Under the pieces are notes generated by a model that saw nothing but the letters and a program-made list of their open reading frames with translations, searched no databases and was not told the origin of the DNA. From positions 11,043,166-11,107,165 of the forward strand of contig CM082578.2 in assembly GCA_040954595.2 (NCBI GenBank): DNA of 64,000 nt, in the 5' to 3' direction. This DNA comes from Balanoglossus misakiensis. Its lineage: Eukaryota > Animalia > Hemichordata. This document shows, piece by piece, positions 28,101 to 40,195 of the stretch (position 1 is the stretch's first letter; each line of letters begins with the position of its first letter). The position numbers and the translations under genes were made by a program.

Positions 28101-31069
28101 GTTCAGGTTTGAGTGTACAACTAGTACAAGTCCAAGCCCTTACGTGTCTGACAGAATTACAATTGATGTGCTTGCTAACGACCAGTCGACGAAAACAGCA
28201 CAGAGTTCGCAGAGCTTCGTGTACCGGGTAATAACGTTCTGATAACCTATACCAACCTTTACTTGTAGGAAAATCATTCTTTATAATTATATGTCATGGA
28301 AGAATGACCTGAAAGTATATATCAATGTAACCACAGATAAGACATGCATAATTTTATGCGCGTAGTATATAGTAGGCTCTCACATGAACTTTGAACGCAG
28401 ACTCTGGCATTGAACAGTATGTATAAAGTTTATAGCAAACATAAATATTATACACATAAACATATGATCAAAAGAATTGCTCAACATATATTCTAACCCG
28501 TTCTGTGCATATACAGGACCCGGAAGTCTATGACTTCAACCCTAAACTTGGACCAAAGTCTGGTGGCACAATTGTAACAATTTCGGGAGAATATGTGAAT
28601 GCTGGAAGATATATCACCGCAGATATCGACGCCTTTCCTTGCGTTATTGACAGGTCAATATGTTTACAGTTTCTATAGCTGACTGCTGTACATTACTGCT
28701 GAGTTATTATACGAAGTTGGGTCGATAACGCGTCGTATATGAGTGATGTGTACGTAATACATTTTATCGAGTTGCGGAGCCTTATTACACAGCGGCGTAA
28801 TTCATGAGACACTTGCTGGGCGCATTGTGATAATGACAGTGTATTCTTTTGGATCGTCACAGGCAAGAAGATGTTTTGAATGAAACCACTGTCCGTTGCC
28901 AAACTTTCGCGGGGAATGTGACACAGTCGGGCAGGCTGACCGTGTACTTTGACGGGTCTGGTCGTCGTGCGCCAGACAGTAAGACGTTCACCTATACAGA
29001 TGATCCCGCAGTATTATCCCTACACCCCTTGAAAAGTATGACGAGGTCAGTTCATTTCAGTTCTGTTCTGTTCTGTTCAACCAATGAATCACAGCGAAAA
29101 TGGTAAACTATCTGCATATAAAGAATATATAGTGGAAACATACACTTGTTTATGAACGATATTTACGTTCCTTTCGTAAAATTTTGCAGTGGTGGAAGGC
29201 AATTCAACGTTACTGGAACATTCTTCACATCGATACAGGCGCCCCGAATGACAATCAACACAGCTAGTGGCGTATTCATGGGTGTAAGTAACGAGAGTTG
29301 TTGTGAAATTCAAATAAGATGGTAAAATGCTGTGGTTTATTGAATTAACTGAATGAGACTATGCCTATTTTGTCAAAGCAGATATCGGTCTGTTCGCATA
29401 CACGTTCCTTTCCCCCAAATGTTTGTACAACATGGCGGTTGTTCACGAAATAAACAAGGCAGAAAGCAGAAAGTGTGTCAAGGACCCACAAGTAATATGA
29501 ATGAACCGTCTTGGGGTTGCGTGGGTGAGGCGACGCTTCAGTAACTGTATATACTATCGATGTGCATTTGTTATGATTTGCTTACAGGATCCGTGCATAG
29601 TGCATTCATTCGAATCTATGCAGTGTCTGTCGCCGGATGTACGGATTCAAGACTCTTCGACTCTGAGGGCAGCAGACACTCCCACCACTGTTGGGTTCAT
29701 CATGGACGCAGTGGAGGAACTGTTACAGCTTGAGTTTGATTTCGAAATTGTCAGTGATCCTGAATATTATCCGTTTGACGAAGACGATAATATACGGGAA
29801 TATTCCGTTGCAATATCTCAGTTGGTAATCAAGGTACCGATCATTTATTTTTTTGGAAAGTTCACATGGACCTTACGTTTACTAGAAATTTAGCTGGTAT
29901 TAATGAGTTCATAGCAAATTTAGTAACAACACAGGCTTGTATTTTACGGGAATCGAACTAGTTCTTTTCCGGTGGTATTCACTTCTATAATGATATAAGA
30001 AAACTCCTTCCTTCTAAGAGATGTGTTAAATTAGTACACCCGGATATTAATTACATATGTGCATAAAACAGAAGCAGAGACGTATGCCTTCGTTTGCTCA
30101 GTACGATTTCTTTTTCCTGTAGGGGAAAAAATTAAACTTAGCGTCCACCGCCGGCGAAGTGCACGTTACTATCGGTCAAGAAGAATGCACTGTGGTGAGC
30201 TTATCGGACGTCCAACTAAATTGCGTTCCCCCGGAAAAGGAACCGGCAGGTGTCAATAAAACAGGAAGCCGAACTGACAACGGACTGCCTGAAGTCAGGG
30301 TGGGTATTGGTGTACATGTGATGGCATCGGTAATATTAAGTCAACAACATAGAAACTGACCTTTTTATTAAAAGAGGGCGTCTATATTTATTAATTACCA
30401 CTTTCATATTCCATTGTATATTGAAATATCATTACGAGATTTGTTCTTTTTGACAGGTCGAAGTAGGAAATCTCTCATTCTTCATCGGCTACCTGAAGTA
30501 CGCTAGGGCAGACCAAGGGTCAAACGCAGTCATCATCGGCGTGACCGTTACACTATGTATCTTGCTTATTGGCATCATAATTGTGTTGATCGTATACTTC
30601 CAAAGGAGGGTGAAAAACATAGAGACACAAATTTCCGCGCGGAGGAAGTTTCTACAAACGTTAACCATTGACATGGATGTCAAAAAGCAAAGCGGTTAGT
30701 ATTTGGATATTTTCATTTACCATTCCCCAAAATTATTTCAAATCATGTCACAAATTATCAATGCATTGCCCCTTTTATCAACATTTTACCACTACCTCAG
30801 GAGTCGATCATCAACAAGAAGCAAGAGAACCCGAGACAGAGGAAAACGGAGATCAAACGAGAGGGATGGGCGGGGAATTGGCGGCTGAAGACGTCAGTGA
30901 TCAACAGTACCAAACGCTGCAGCCGGGAACACAATCCGAGTACGCAAAACTGCAAATCGGTGACACACAGGGCCAACTGCAAACAGAACAAAAGCCGGGA
31001 GAGTATGAAGAATTGCGCCCCCATCAGCAGTCAACGTACGCTAAGCTCCAACGTCGAGACGGACATTAA
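22191..31069 (+). CDS. Plexin-like type I membrane receptor (signal peptide, Sema, 3 PSI, about 6 IPT/TIG, TM) with short ITAM-bearing tail and no GAP domain; about 1360 aa
   Basis: 21 GT-AG exons in consistent phase (4083 nt total): 22191-23216, 23499-23675, 24098-24229, 24359-24459, 24741-24876, 25265-25424, 25897-25993, 26219-26339, 26531-26662, 26914-27018, 27153-27243, 27396-27586, 27795-27943, 28107-28227, 28517-28653, 28863-29045, 29190-29283, 29588-29833, 30123-30299, 30457-30694, 30801-31069. Sema motifs: VYLGGVNNVYKL, SKIARVCQD, YESFTEVALKC. PSI motifs: SCEACFASLDPYCGWC, CSQCVSSNWACNWC, DCSRCLSQ..CGWC. IPT motifs: PMSGPYEGGT, PKLGPKSGGT. TM AVIIGVTVTLCILLIGIIIVLIVYF at 30526-30600. 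AATAAA at 31534. Confidence 0.92.
30908..31048 (+). other. Two tandem ITAM-like motifs in the plexin-like cytoplasmic tail
   Basis: YQTL-QPGTQSE-YAKL (30908-30952, preceded by D-x-x) and YEEL-RPHQQST-YAKL (31004-31048). Both are YxxL-x7-YxxL. Confidence 0.85.
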
Positions 31070-32210
31070 ATCGTCCAATTTAAGTGACCGCGTTTCATCC
31101 AAAAGAAATTATGTTTTTTTAGGGCAGATAAGTAACGGAAAAATATAGTAGGTTGTTTTGAGTCATTATGGATTATGGAAAAAATATAACCGTACGGATG
31201 CTATTTTTTATGACATTGTCCCTCTCATTATTCATTTTATTTCCCCCCAAAACCCCGAACTTTTTCCCGTGAACGAGTGTGCTTGCAATTATTTTTCGCC
31301 GAAATGTTTTATTTGTAGTGACCGCTTCCGGAGAACCCTGCTCTTTCCTCCAATGATGGCCATGTTTGCGTATTTCCAATAATTCAGTCGAATATATCCC
31401 GGTGTTACCATGCAAAGAATCGTGAAACGGGTGAATGAATGTCACCTTTACTCAATTCACTTTTTTAGTCTCTTACTCAGCTGTAATATTTCACTATTTG
31501 GATGATGATTGTTTAGAATTGTATTTTGTTCGCAATAAACATGCACGTATTTCATTGACGTATGGGAAAGTGCCACAAGTAAACATGATGACAGACACCA
31601 TATGGCGCACGCATCGATCATCACCTTAGAAACGTCCCTGGCGTTTGCAGTGACGTGTTCCTTGAGCGCTCTCCTTACGCGCTTTTTCGCCCGGCACCGA
31701 TCTAGACTGGGCATGATTTCAGGATATGTGCCTTTTTGCAGGCATATTTGAATACATTTACTGGTAAACAGATGTTTTCTATATTAAAGTTTTGCAGGAC
31801 ATTTATGTACCGACCAATTGAAGAACCCTTAATTTGCATAATAACAGCCTTCGCACGCTGCTATTTTAACAGACTGAGTCAGACTTAAATGCAATTGTCG
31901 CTGTATGCAGGTGGTATCATGATCCTCACATGTACACGTTATGTCACCATATTGCTGAATACATAAAAGTGCTCGATAAATTTGACCAATCGCACACGGA
32001 TAAACAATATTCAAAGTTACGTCCCCGCATAATTCGCATGTACCTATTTTCGCAGGTTTTTTTGCATCTGCTGGTAATGTTAACTGCTGCCGATCTCGTG
32101 ATAGTCATAGTTGCGGGCATATATGAAAACGCAGCGGATTCAAATGATCGTTAGACACATAACTTGGAAAACAATCTACGGTTAACAGAATATGTGAACA
32201 CGATGCCATC

Positions 32211-35200
32211 ATGGTCTCGCAAATACGTTGGTTTTTGTTCGCCATGGCTTTGACCGGAACTCCGGATGGTAAGTTCATGTACACACAATTTATGGTAACA
32301 CATGTTAATTAACTTGTGCTTTACGGGATGATTCTAAAAATGTCCATACATAAGTTTGAGTGTGTGTTCCTTATAATAAATGGATGTGTTGGTTAGGCAA
32401 ACGGGTTAATACGGAATGTTTTTCCCCATTCGGTGAACATGTATACTTTTTCAGTCCTCTATACGGTAATTAAATTTTCTCCTAATTTATTTTAGGTCCG
32501 ACTTAATAAGTAAACATTTGATTTTAGGCCCGACGAAACCTCACACGTTGCTCATTCTTACTACATTCCTTGCGATTGTATTTTGAACTGCAGCAGAATG
32601 TTCGAACCCGTACACTCGCCTATCTCGCGACTTGTTGAGCGACTACGAGCCCCTGTCGCTGCCGGTCAAGAACATCACAGATGTCGTGGTTCTGGAATTA
32701 AGCGTGGGATTGCATCGCATCGATGACATGGTGGGTCTATGGTGTTTATTCTCAAAGCACACAACGTTTGTGACATACAAATAACATCAAAAATGCGTGC
32801 GTTTATTGAGGGAATCTTCTATGCCCGCCAAATGTGACTCTATAGCGTCTCCAAGCCGATGCTGTAGGTTTGAAGCCATGAAAATGAAGTAATTGTATAT
32901 CTGCTGGTAATTAAGACCTTGGTGTGACATTGTTTTATTTCTATTTTTAAAGGACGAGAAGCAGCAGATAATGACCGTGAGAACATACGTCACCCAGGTA
33001 TGTATCGTCCCGGGGGTGGCACGCCAAGGAAGACATGGATGCCCTTGCTCGTTCCACAGAATTTGCACCTTTTACCAGGATATTTTTACAAATGGGAGAA
33101 ATTATACCCATAGAAACCTCTTATTCACAAAATCCTAGAGAAGGGGTAAAAGTCACAATACAGTTATAGTTTTTTCTCAGATCGACCAAAATCATATTTT
33201 CCAAATCGCATGTCAAAAAGTATGAGAAACGCCTACATACACTCACAGTCGCACTATAACCCGACTGTTAAACCAGTACAAAAGACTCCCAACACCTAAA
33301 TGATGCAAGCTAAAAGTCTGCGGCAGCATAAAAGCAACACTGAGAAAATTATTCTTGTGTCATCCTATTTACCGCAGAAATGGCGTGATGATTATCTGAG
33401 TTGGAACCCTGAGGATTATGCTGGTATAAGAGAAATACGAATGCCAGCTGATAAGATTTGGTTACCAGATACAGCAGTCCTCAACAGGTGGGTTAAGAAA
33501 CTGTTTTTGAATATAAAATGTTATATTACGTGAATAACAATTCGTATGAGAATTTATCATCATATGTTTCTACAAGCTAATCATTTACACAAACTGACAT
33601 ATCATTGTACATGTATATCAATAAATCATTGTTATACAGCATCTGCATGACTTTATTTTAAACTATCTTAAATTCCTCATTATACAGTTACATGTATGTA
33701 CTTCAATAAATTATTGCAGGTGGCTGTTTATCGCCCATTATCGACAGCATTAATTTTAGTGACTGAATTTTTTATGATGACCATTATGTATAAGGCTAAA
33801 AGGTTCACTTTCTTTGAGAAAATATGTGTTAATGGCATGGTCATCAGTAAGTCGTGGGTTAGTTGCTATTAAGAACATATTTAGCATTCGCTTGCTTTCT
33901 GGCATGGACGTGTATAAATGAACAAGCGCCAACTTTTGTCATTTGCAGTGCAATGGACAGCAATGGGCTTCTCGGCACAAACACCAACGTCGTCATCTCG
34001 CACACCGGTCACGTGTTGTGGACATTCCCGTTCCACCTGCAGAGCAGTTGCAATTTTCGAATCAAGTACATACCCTTCGACACGCAGGTGTGTGACGTGC
34101 ATTTTTCATCGTGGTCCTACGGGACCTCTGAGCTGCAGTTCGTTAACGCGTCGGTGCATCTCACGCACTACAAGAACCACGGGGAGTGGGTGCTACTGAA
34201 GGCGGGCATCTCGCCACTTTGCACCGTGATATCGCGCGACGTCGACTCCTTCCAGACGAGCGAAGCACTCTTGACGCTGGTGCTGCAGCGCCGGTCACAA
34301 TTCGGCCTGCTGTTCACAATTGTTCCGTTCAGCCTGATCGCCATCCTCAGCCTGTTCGTGTTCCTGGTGCCGGTGGATTCCGGCGAGAAGTTGTCGTTCG
34401 GTATCACCAACCTGCTGACGTTGATCATGTTTTACTCGGCGGTTTCCATGACGCTTCCGTCAACCGGCACGGAGGAATTCCCTATAATCGGTGAGTAAAA
34501 CGGCTCTCTGTAATGCCCACTGTCATGTGACACCGGCTGTCCGGCGTTGGTTTGCTAAAGTAGCGTTTAATTTTGACCCAGTGTCATTGCGAAATATCCA
34601 CATTACGAGTTTGATATCTCGTGTTCCCGGCCACGTGACTACTTGGAAATAAAATGTATTTTTCTAAGTTGGTTCAGGGAGCACATTATTGCGATATACA
34701 TGATATACATGTATATACATTCGAGTTTTGGAGACCATAACATCTGGTGGGTCGCTTCAGTTTTGAACAATTGATTATGCTGACAATTGATTGCATTCTG
34801 TCCATTTTCATTAATGTTCAACACTTACATTATCTTTTAACCAAATTTCGATTTTTCTTTTTTGTTATTATTTCCAGGAACTTTCTTTTTCGTGGTTATA
34901 TGTCTGGTGTTGACGTCATGCCTGATGAGTGTCTTTGTATTGCAACTGCAACACCGCAAACGCCCTCCGTCGGCGCGTATTAAACGTCTGTTCTTCGGTC
35001 GCTGGGGGCTGCAGTGCTTTGCGTGGTACATTCCGAAACTGGGCAGAGAGAGGCGGCCGCTTGAGCGGATGCCCTGTGCGCACAACTTCCCCAGGCGACA
35101 CTTGCTGCAAAGCTACTCGTCGATACCGTCCTCTCTCTCGGACACGCCGCTGATTCGCCGCAAGTCGTCGGTGGACATCGACACCATATCGCAGGCGCTG

Positions 35201-35440
35201 TGCGACCTGCAGAGTCACCTCAACCGAGCTCTGCTCGGCATTCATCGCATCGAGGGTCGGTTCAGAGACAAGAACGACGGCGAAGTCGAAGCCGCGTGCG
35301 CCGTTTGGCACAAAATCGCCGTCATCATGGACCAGATATTTTTCGTCATCTTGGCAACCATCTTTGTGACCGTGTGCCCCACCTTTTTCTTAATTGCGGT
35401 ATACGGTGATGACAATCTGCCGACCGAAGACCCGTTTTGA
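32211..35440 (+). CDS. Nicotinic acetylcholine receptor-like Cys-loop channel subunit, non-alpha/divergent, copy 1 (about 484 aa)
   Basis: Exons 32211-32268, 32594-32730, 32953-32997 (45 nt), 33378-33487 (110 nt), 33949-34490, 34878-35440. The 45/110-nt exons are typical of nAChR genes. WNPEDY..IWLPD, Cys-loop CNFRIKYIPFDTQVC, SSWSY, M2 SGEKLSFGITNLLTL, M4 preceded by WHKIAVIMDQIFF. Confidence 0.92.
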
Positions 35441-36455
35441 AACTAAAGTCATTCGCGCGTTTCTTAAATCACCAAGTTTCTGCTTTTTAAAATCAAAAAT
35501 ATATTTTAAAAAATCTATGCGGAACTGAACTGTTTTAAATGTGTGTTGAGTAGAGAAGGTGGCTAAATATGACACAACCTTAAAAGACGCCAAACACCGA
35601 AAACTATTGTGTTTATGAACTTTGACTCTTTGGAAACTGGTATGCCGTATAAACATGTAATTGAATTTTGTGCATGATTCAGAAGCGCACAGATAAAGTT
35701 CACTTAACTTGATAGATGTATAAATTATGTTATACCAAACTTTGCTTCGTGTCTATTACCTTACGCATTTCTATTGTTTAAAAACTGTGTGGTTTACTTG
35801 TAAAGCGGACTGCTACAGCACCAATGAATGACAAACTGACAATGATACTGAACAGGGACGAAGTAATAATTTCGACAAGCACATGGCATGCAGAGAAGCA
35901 ATATAAATATTACAGTACACTTCAATTTTAAAAACAAACGTCTTTGCTAAGAGACCATGTGGTAAATTGCAGTGCACTGCCGATATTATGAAGCAAGCTG
36001 CAAACACGACGTGGGCTCGCCTGTGCAAACAGCCTCATTTCCACCTGACTGTTCCCCTGGTCCATCCACGATGAAGTGGCGCTCGCCCAAAATCGTCGCA
36101 AAATTTTCCGCATAAGTCTGAAATCGATTGTACGTCATCAGCATGTATGTCAATAATGAATGCATGGGGAATTTACCACCACTTTGGCGAGGTCGTTTTC
36201 GCAGAAACCTGCACAATTCTCATGGGCAGATGTGATGCGTAATTTTCCATTTTAATCTTCTGCGCACCATTCTATCATCGACAGTTGCATGTAATGTGGC
36301 CACGGGCCAAACAGCACAGAGAATTATGTGTGATGAGGGCGTATGTTCATTTTCGGAGACTCGGCCAAATGCGGCATGTCTATTTTAAGTGTTCCGCGTA
36401 CTACTGGTATTGTCAACTTCCAGCTAAATCGGGTTACAGCTTGCAATTGCAGGCT

Positions 36456-36463
36456 TATATAAA
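36456..36463 (+). promoter_or_regulatory. TATA box upstream of nAChR-like copy 2
   Basis: TATATAAA about 70 nt upstream of ATG 36534. Confidence 0.45.
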
Positions 36464-36533
36464 GCACATTCGAGTCGGAGTGTGATTAGATTTAGACAGA
36501 GAAAAAAAAGACACATTCATATATACACACACG

Positions 36534-39019
36534 ATGTGTGAACACACTGGTATTTTTTCGCGAAAAGTCTGTTTTCTGACTGCGGTCGTCATTGCAGGGA
36601 CATTACCTGGTGAGCTTTTAAATTAATAATTCTTATTTTCATTTTTTCTGGTGAGTTTGTGGGTTTCGGATAGCCGTGGTTAACCTGTATTGTGTGTCAC
36701 CTCTTCAGTGTGTCTGTGACGTTCCTCGTTTATTCACTTCAATATTCTCCTATAGCTCCGTTATTTAAAGTCGCTAACACGGTCATCAGTAGACCCGATT
36801 TAATATGGTAACTGTGCCATTTGTAATTGTAGCAGAGAGTTCGTATGCCAGAAATCCCTATACTCGGCTATCACGTGACTTGTTGTCGGACTATGAGGCT
36901 CTGTCACTACCTGTCAACAACGCCACGGATACCGTGTCCCTCGACTTCAGTATATGCATTCATCGGATAGAGGATATGGTAGGTTCCAGAGTGTCTTCGG
37001 ATTTTTTTTCTGCTAAGATTCATTCACACCATGTTTTTTTTCGAGCATTTATGTACAGCTAAGGCTTCACACAGTCAACTCAAAGATCAGTCAATCAATC
37101 AACCAAAAGTATGTTTCTATTTAAAATGATTTACTTTCATAAGTTTTTTTTCTTCTGAACTTTGAACTTATTTTATCTTTTTGCAAAGGACGAGAAGCAG
37201 CAGATGATGACTCTGTCAGCATATGTCGTTCAGGTATGTATACATCTCCAGAAAATTAGCACATTTGACAGTTAGTTTTCAAAACGTGTCAGGAACCGCT
37301 AAATACAATGCAATGACTTTTTTTTTTCATTTCAGAAATGGCAAGATCCATACCTGAGTTGGGATCCCGAAGAATACGATGGCATAGTAGAAATCCAAGT
37401 GCCGGCTGATAGGATTTGGGTACCTGACACCGTAGTTCTCAACAGGTGTGTGTGATATTAATACACGTGGTATGAAAAAGTAAACAAAAAAACGGGGAAA
37501 AAAAATTTAAATACCAATAAAATTATGAAACTACTTTTGAGTGACACATTTCAAATGTAAAGTTATTGAAACATCTAATAGATGAAAATTGATAAAATAC
37601 TTTTTACGTATAGGAATGCCTTTGTAAATTGCCGGCTGGGAATGTATATCTCCAAAAGGTACCGTGTCCATGGCGCATTTTGATTATGCAATAGAAATAG
37701 AAAACCTTCCGCAAAAACTTCGTCACAGATAGTGTACCACACAACGGCCGGTGTATACGTTCCTCCATGTCACAAAATAACAGAATGCGTTGAATTTGGT
37801 CATTTGCAGTTCACAAGACAGCAATGGGCTGGTTGGGTCCGATACCAACGTCGTCATATCACATGACGGCCACGTGCTCTGGGTGTCTCCGTTCCACCTC
37901 CAGAACAGGTGCAAGTTTCGAATCAAGTACATACCGTTCGACAGACAGACGTGCGAGGTGCAGTTCTCTTCGTGGTCGTACGGGAACGGACAGCTCCAGT
38001 TCGCCAACACGTCGGTTCATCTGGATCACCACCAAGACCACGGCAAGTGGATGTTACTGGAAGCGCAGATCTCGCCACGGGACGGCATGACGTCACACAA
38101 CCCATCTCGGATGAGCGGCGCTCTATTGGTCCTGGTACTTCAGCGTCGCCCCGTCTTCGGCGTGCTAGTTACAATCGTCCCCTTCGTCTTGATAGCCGTC
38201 CTGAGTGTGTTCGTTTTCTTGGTGCCAGTGGATTCCGGCGAGAAGTTATCCTTTGGTGTCACCAACCTACTGACGTTAATCATGTTTTACTCCAGCATTT
38301 CCAATACCCTTCCGTCAACTGCCGCCGGCGAATTCCCTGTGATTGGTGAGTAAATATTTCCTAATAACTGCGGATTTCATTCTAAGGTCTGAAACAATAG
38401 AATCCTCTTTTTTCGCTTAGCATGACCTAATTAATTTTTTCCATGCCTTTTGTTATGTTTTTCTTCAGGAACTTTCTTCTTCGTTGTTATTTGCCTGGTG
38501 ATGGCGTCGTGTCTGCTGAGTGTCCTCGTGTTACACATACACCACCGCAAGAAGCCAGTGCCAGCGCTCGTCAAACGAATATTCTTCGGCCGTCGCTGGG
38601 GGTTGCGGCGCTTTGTCTGGTACACTCCGACGGACGACGACGGGAGGAGGCTGCGCGACATGTCGTCGTGTGGCCCCAACCTCGCCCGACAAGGTTTACT
38701 GTTGAGCTACGCGTCCGTGCCATCCTCGGTCACCAGCACGCCACTGCTGCAACGCAAGGCGTACACGCGAGAATCACACGCGCCAACCGACACCGCATCG
38801 CAGCTGCTGTTGGACATGGAGAGTAATCTCGACCGGGCACTGTTCGGAATTCAGCGCATCGAGGGACATTTGAAAGGCCGAGAAGAGTGCGATGGGTACA
38901 CGTCTACCACTTGGCAAAAGATAGCCGTTATTCTGGATCAGCTGTTCTTCATCGCACTGGGGTCTGTTTTTCTGTCTATTTTGCCTGTGTTTTTCATTAC
39001 GGCAACATGCAGTAGTTGA
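36534..39019 (+). CDS. Nicotinic acetylcholine receptor-like Cys-loop channel subunit, non-alpha/divergent, copy 2 (about 487 aa)
   Basis: Exons 36534-36609, 36833-36978, 37189-37233, 37336-37445, 37810-38345, 38469-39019. Cys-loop CKFRIKYIPFDRQTC, M2 SGEKLSFGVTNLLTL. Closest paralog of copy 1. Confidence 0.92.
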
Positions 39020-40101
39020 TAGGGCTGAAAGTTGATTCAAAATGATAATGGTGACTTATATACACGACTAAGATATGAACAAGAGTGAAGTTGGAACTTT
39101 CCAAACTTAACTTCATCGTACATAACCGTTACTATGTACCAAGTGTTATCAAAGTAAATGACGTGTGAGATTCATCACGTCCAAGCAATTAAAGAGCACA
39201 TTTAACAAACACTTTCCTCAACACGTTATCATTTAACTGTCAGAGACGTGTTAACTTTCTGTTTAATATAATGATGATTTTTTTTTCAATGTAACAAATG
39301 TAATTTATTGGAGTTTGTGATTTATAATTTTTCTTCAAAGATTCCTTAGAAATAAAGTTGTTAACATTAACATTTAAGATTAATAATCAGTTTTTATTAA
39401 TGCGAAGAACTTGTGAGTGTAATTTGTCTGTCAGCATCTCTCACACACAGGCTAACACACACACACACTCATTTCTGTGACAACAGCATTTCCCAATGAA
39501 TGCGTCACACTCCATCTACATCCATTCATAGAATCGCCGTTATTCATTACTCATTTTTCCAACAACAATATTTCCCGGTAATTGTTCAAGTGAAACCTAT
39601 TTACATGCTTCGTTGTAAACAGAGTATTTTTAGAAACGGATAAGCGAATATGGTGGTAGTGAATGCGAGGCGGTAATAGCGCTTAATGACCGACACTGCA
39701 TTATGGAAATCAACCACCTGTTGATTTGTTAACACAAACTGTGCTACGTTCCCCACTTTCCTCGTGTACCCACCTTTCTTTTATATCTGTCCAAGCAGCA
39801 AATATACATACAAGACATATCATGTGCATGAGTCTCTAGTGCGTATCAATGAAATACTACTACTGTAACAACAAGGCTGGTATTGAATGTTCACGATTAA
39901 ACCATATTCACATAAGAAGACGCGATTGATCAATACAGTGTACACTCATTGATGTAACCTTCGTCAATGGACTCGGGGGACATTGTGCATGCCATTGAAG
40001 TACATTACGCAACTTTGCAATAATACTGACAGATACCTGGAATTGAACGACAAAGGAAAATTACAGTTATCAGAAATAATTAGCAGGAGTACATTTTAGA
40101 G

Positions 40102-40109
40102 TATAAATA
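40102..40109 (+). promoter_or_regulatory. TATA box upstream of nAChR-like copy 3
   Basis: TATAAATA about 90 nt upstream of ATG 40196. Confidence 0.45.
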
Positions 40110-40195
40110 AGGAACTCTTCCTCCAAACAAGCTATTTGAAAACGAGAGAATAGCAAAGTCACCAGTACTTGATGTGTGCGATTTGACTTTCGACG

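Noticed and set aside
30601-31069. Reading the plexin-like gene as a truncated pseudogene or as MET/RON
   Set aside because: All 21 exons are open with intact splice sites. Three PSI domains indicate plexin rather than MET, there are no kinase motifs, and the tail has ordered tyrosine motifs.
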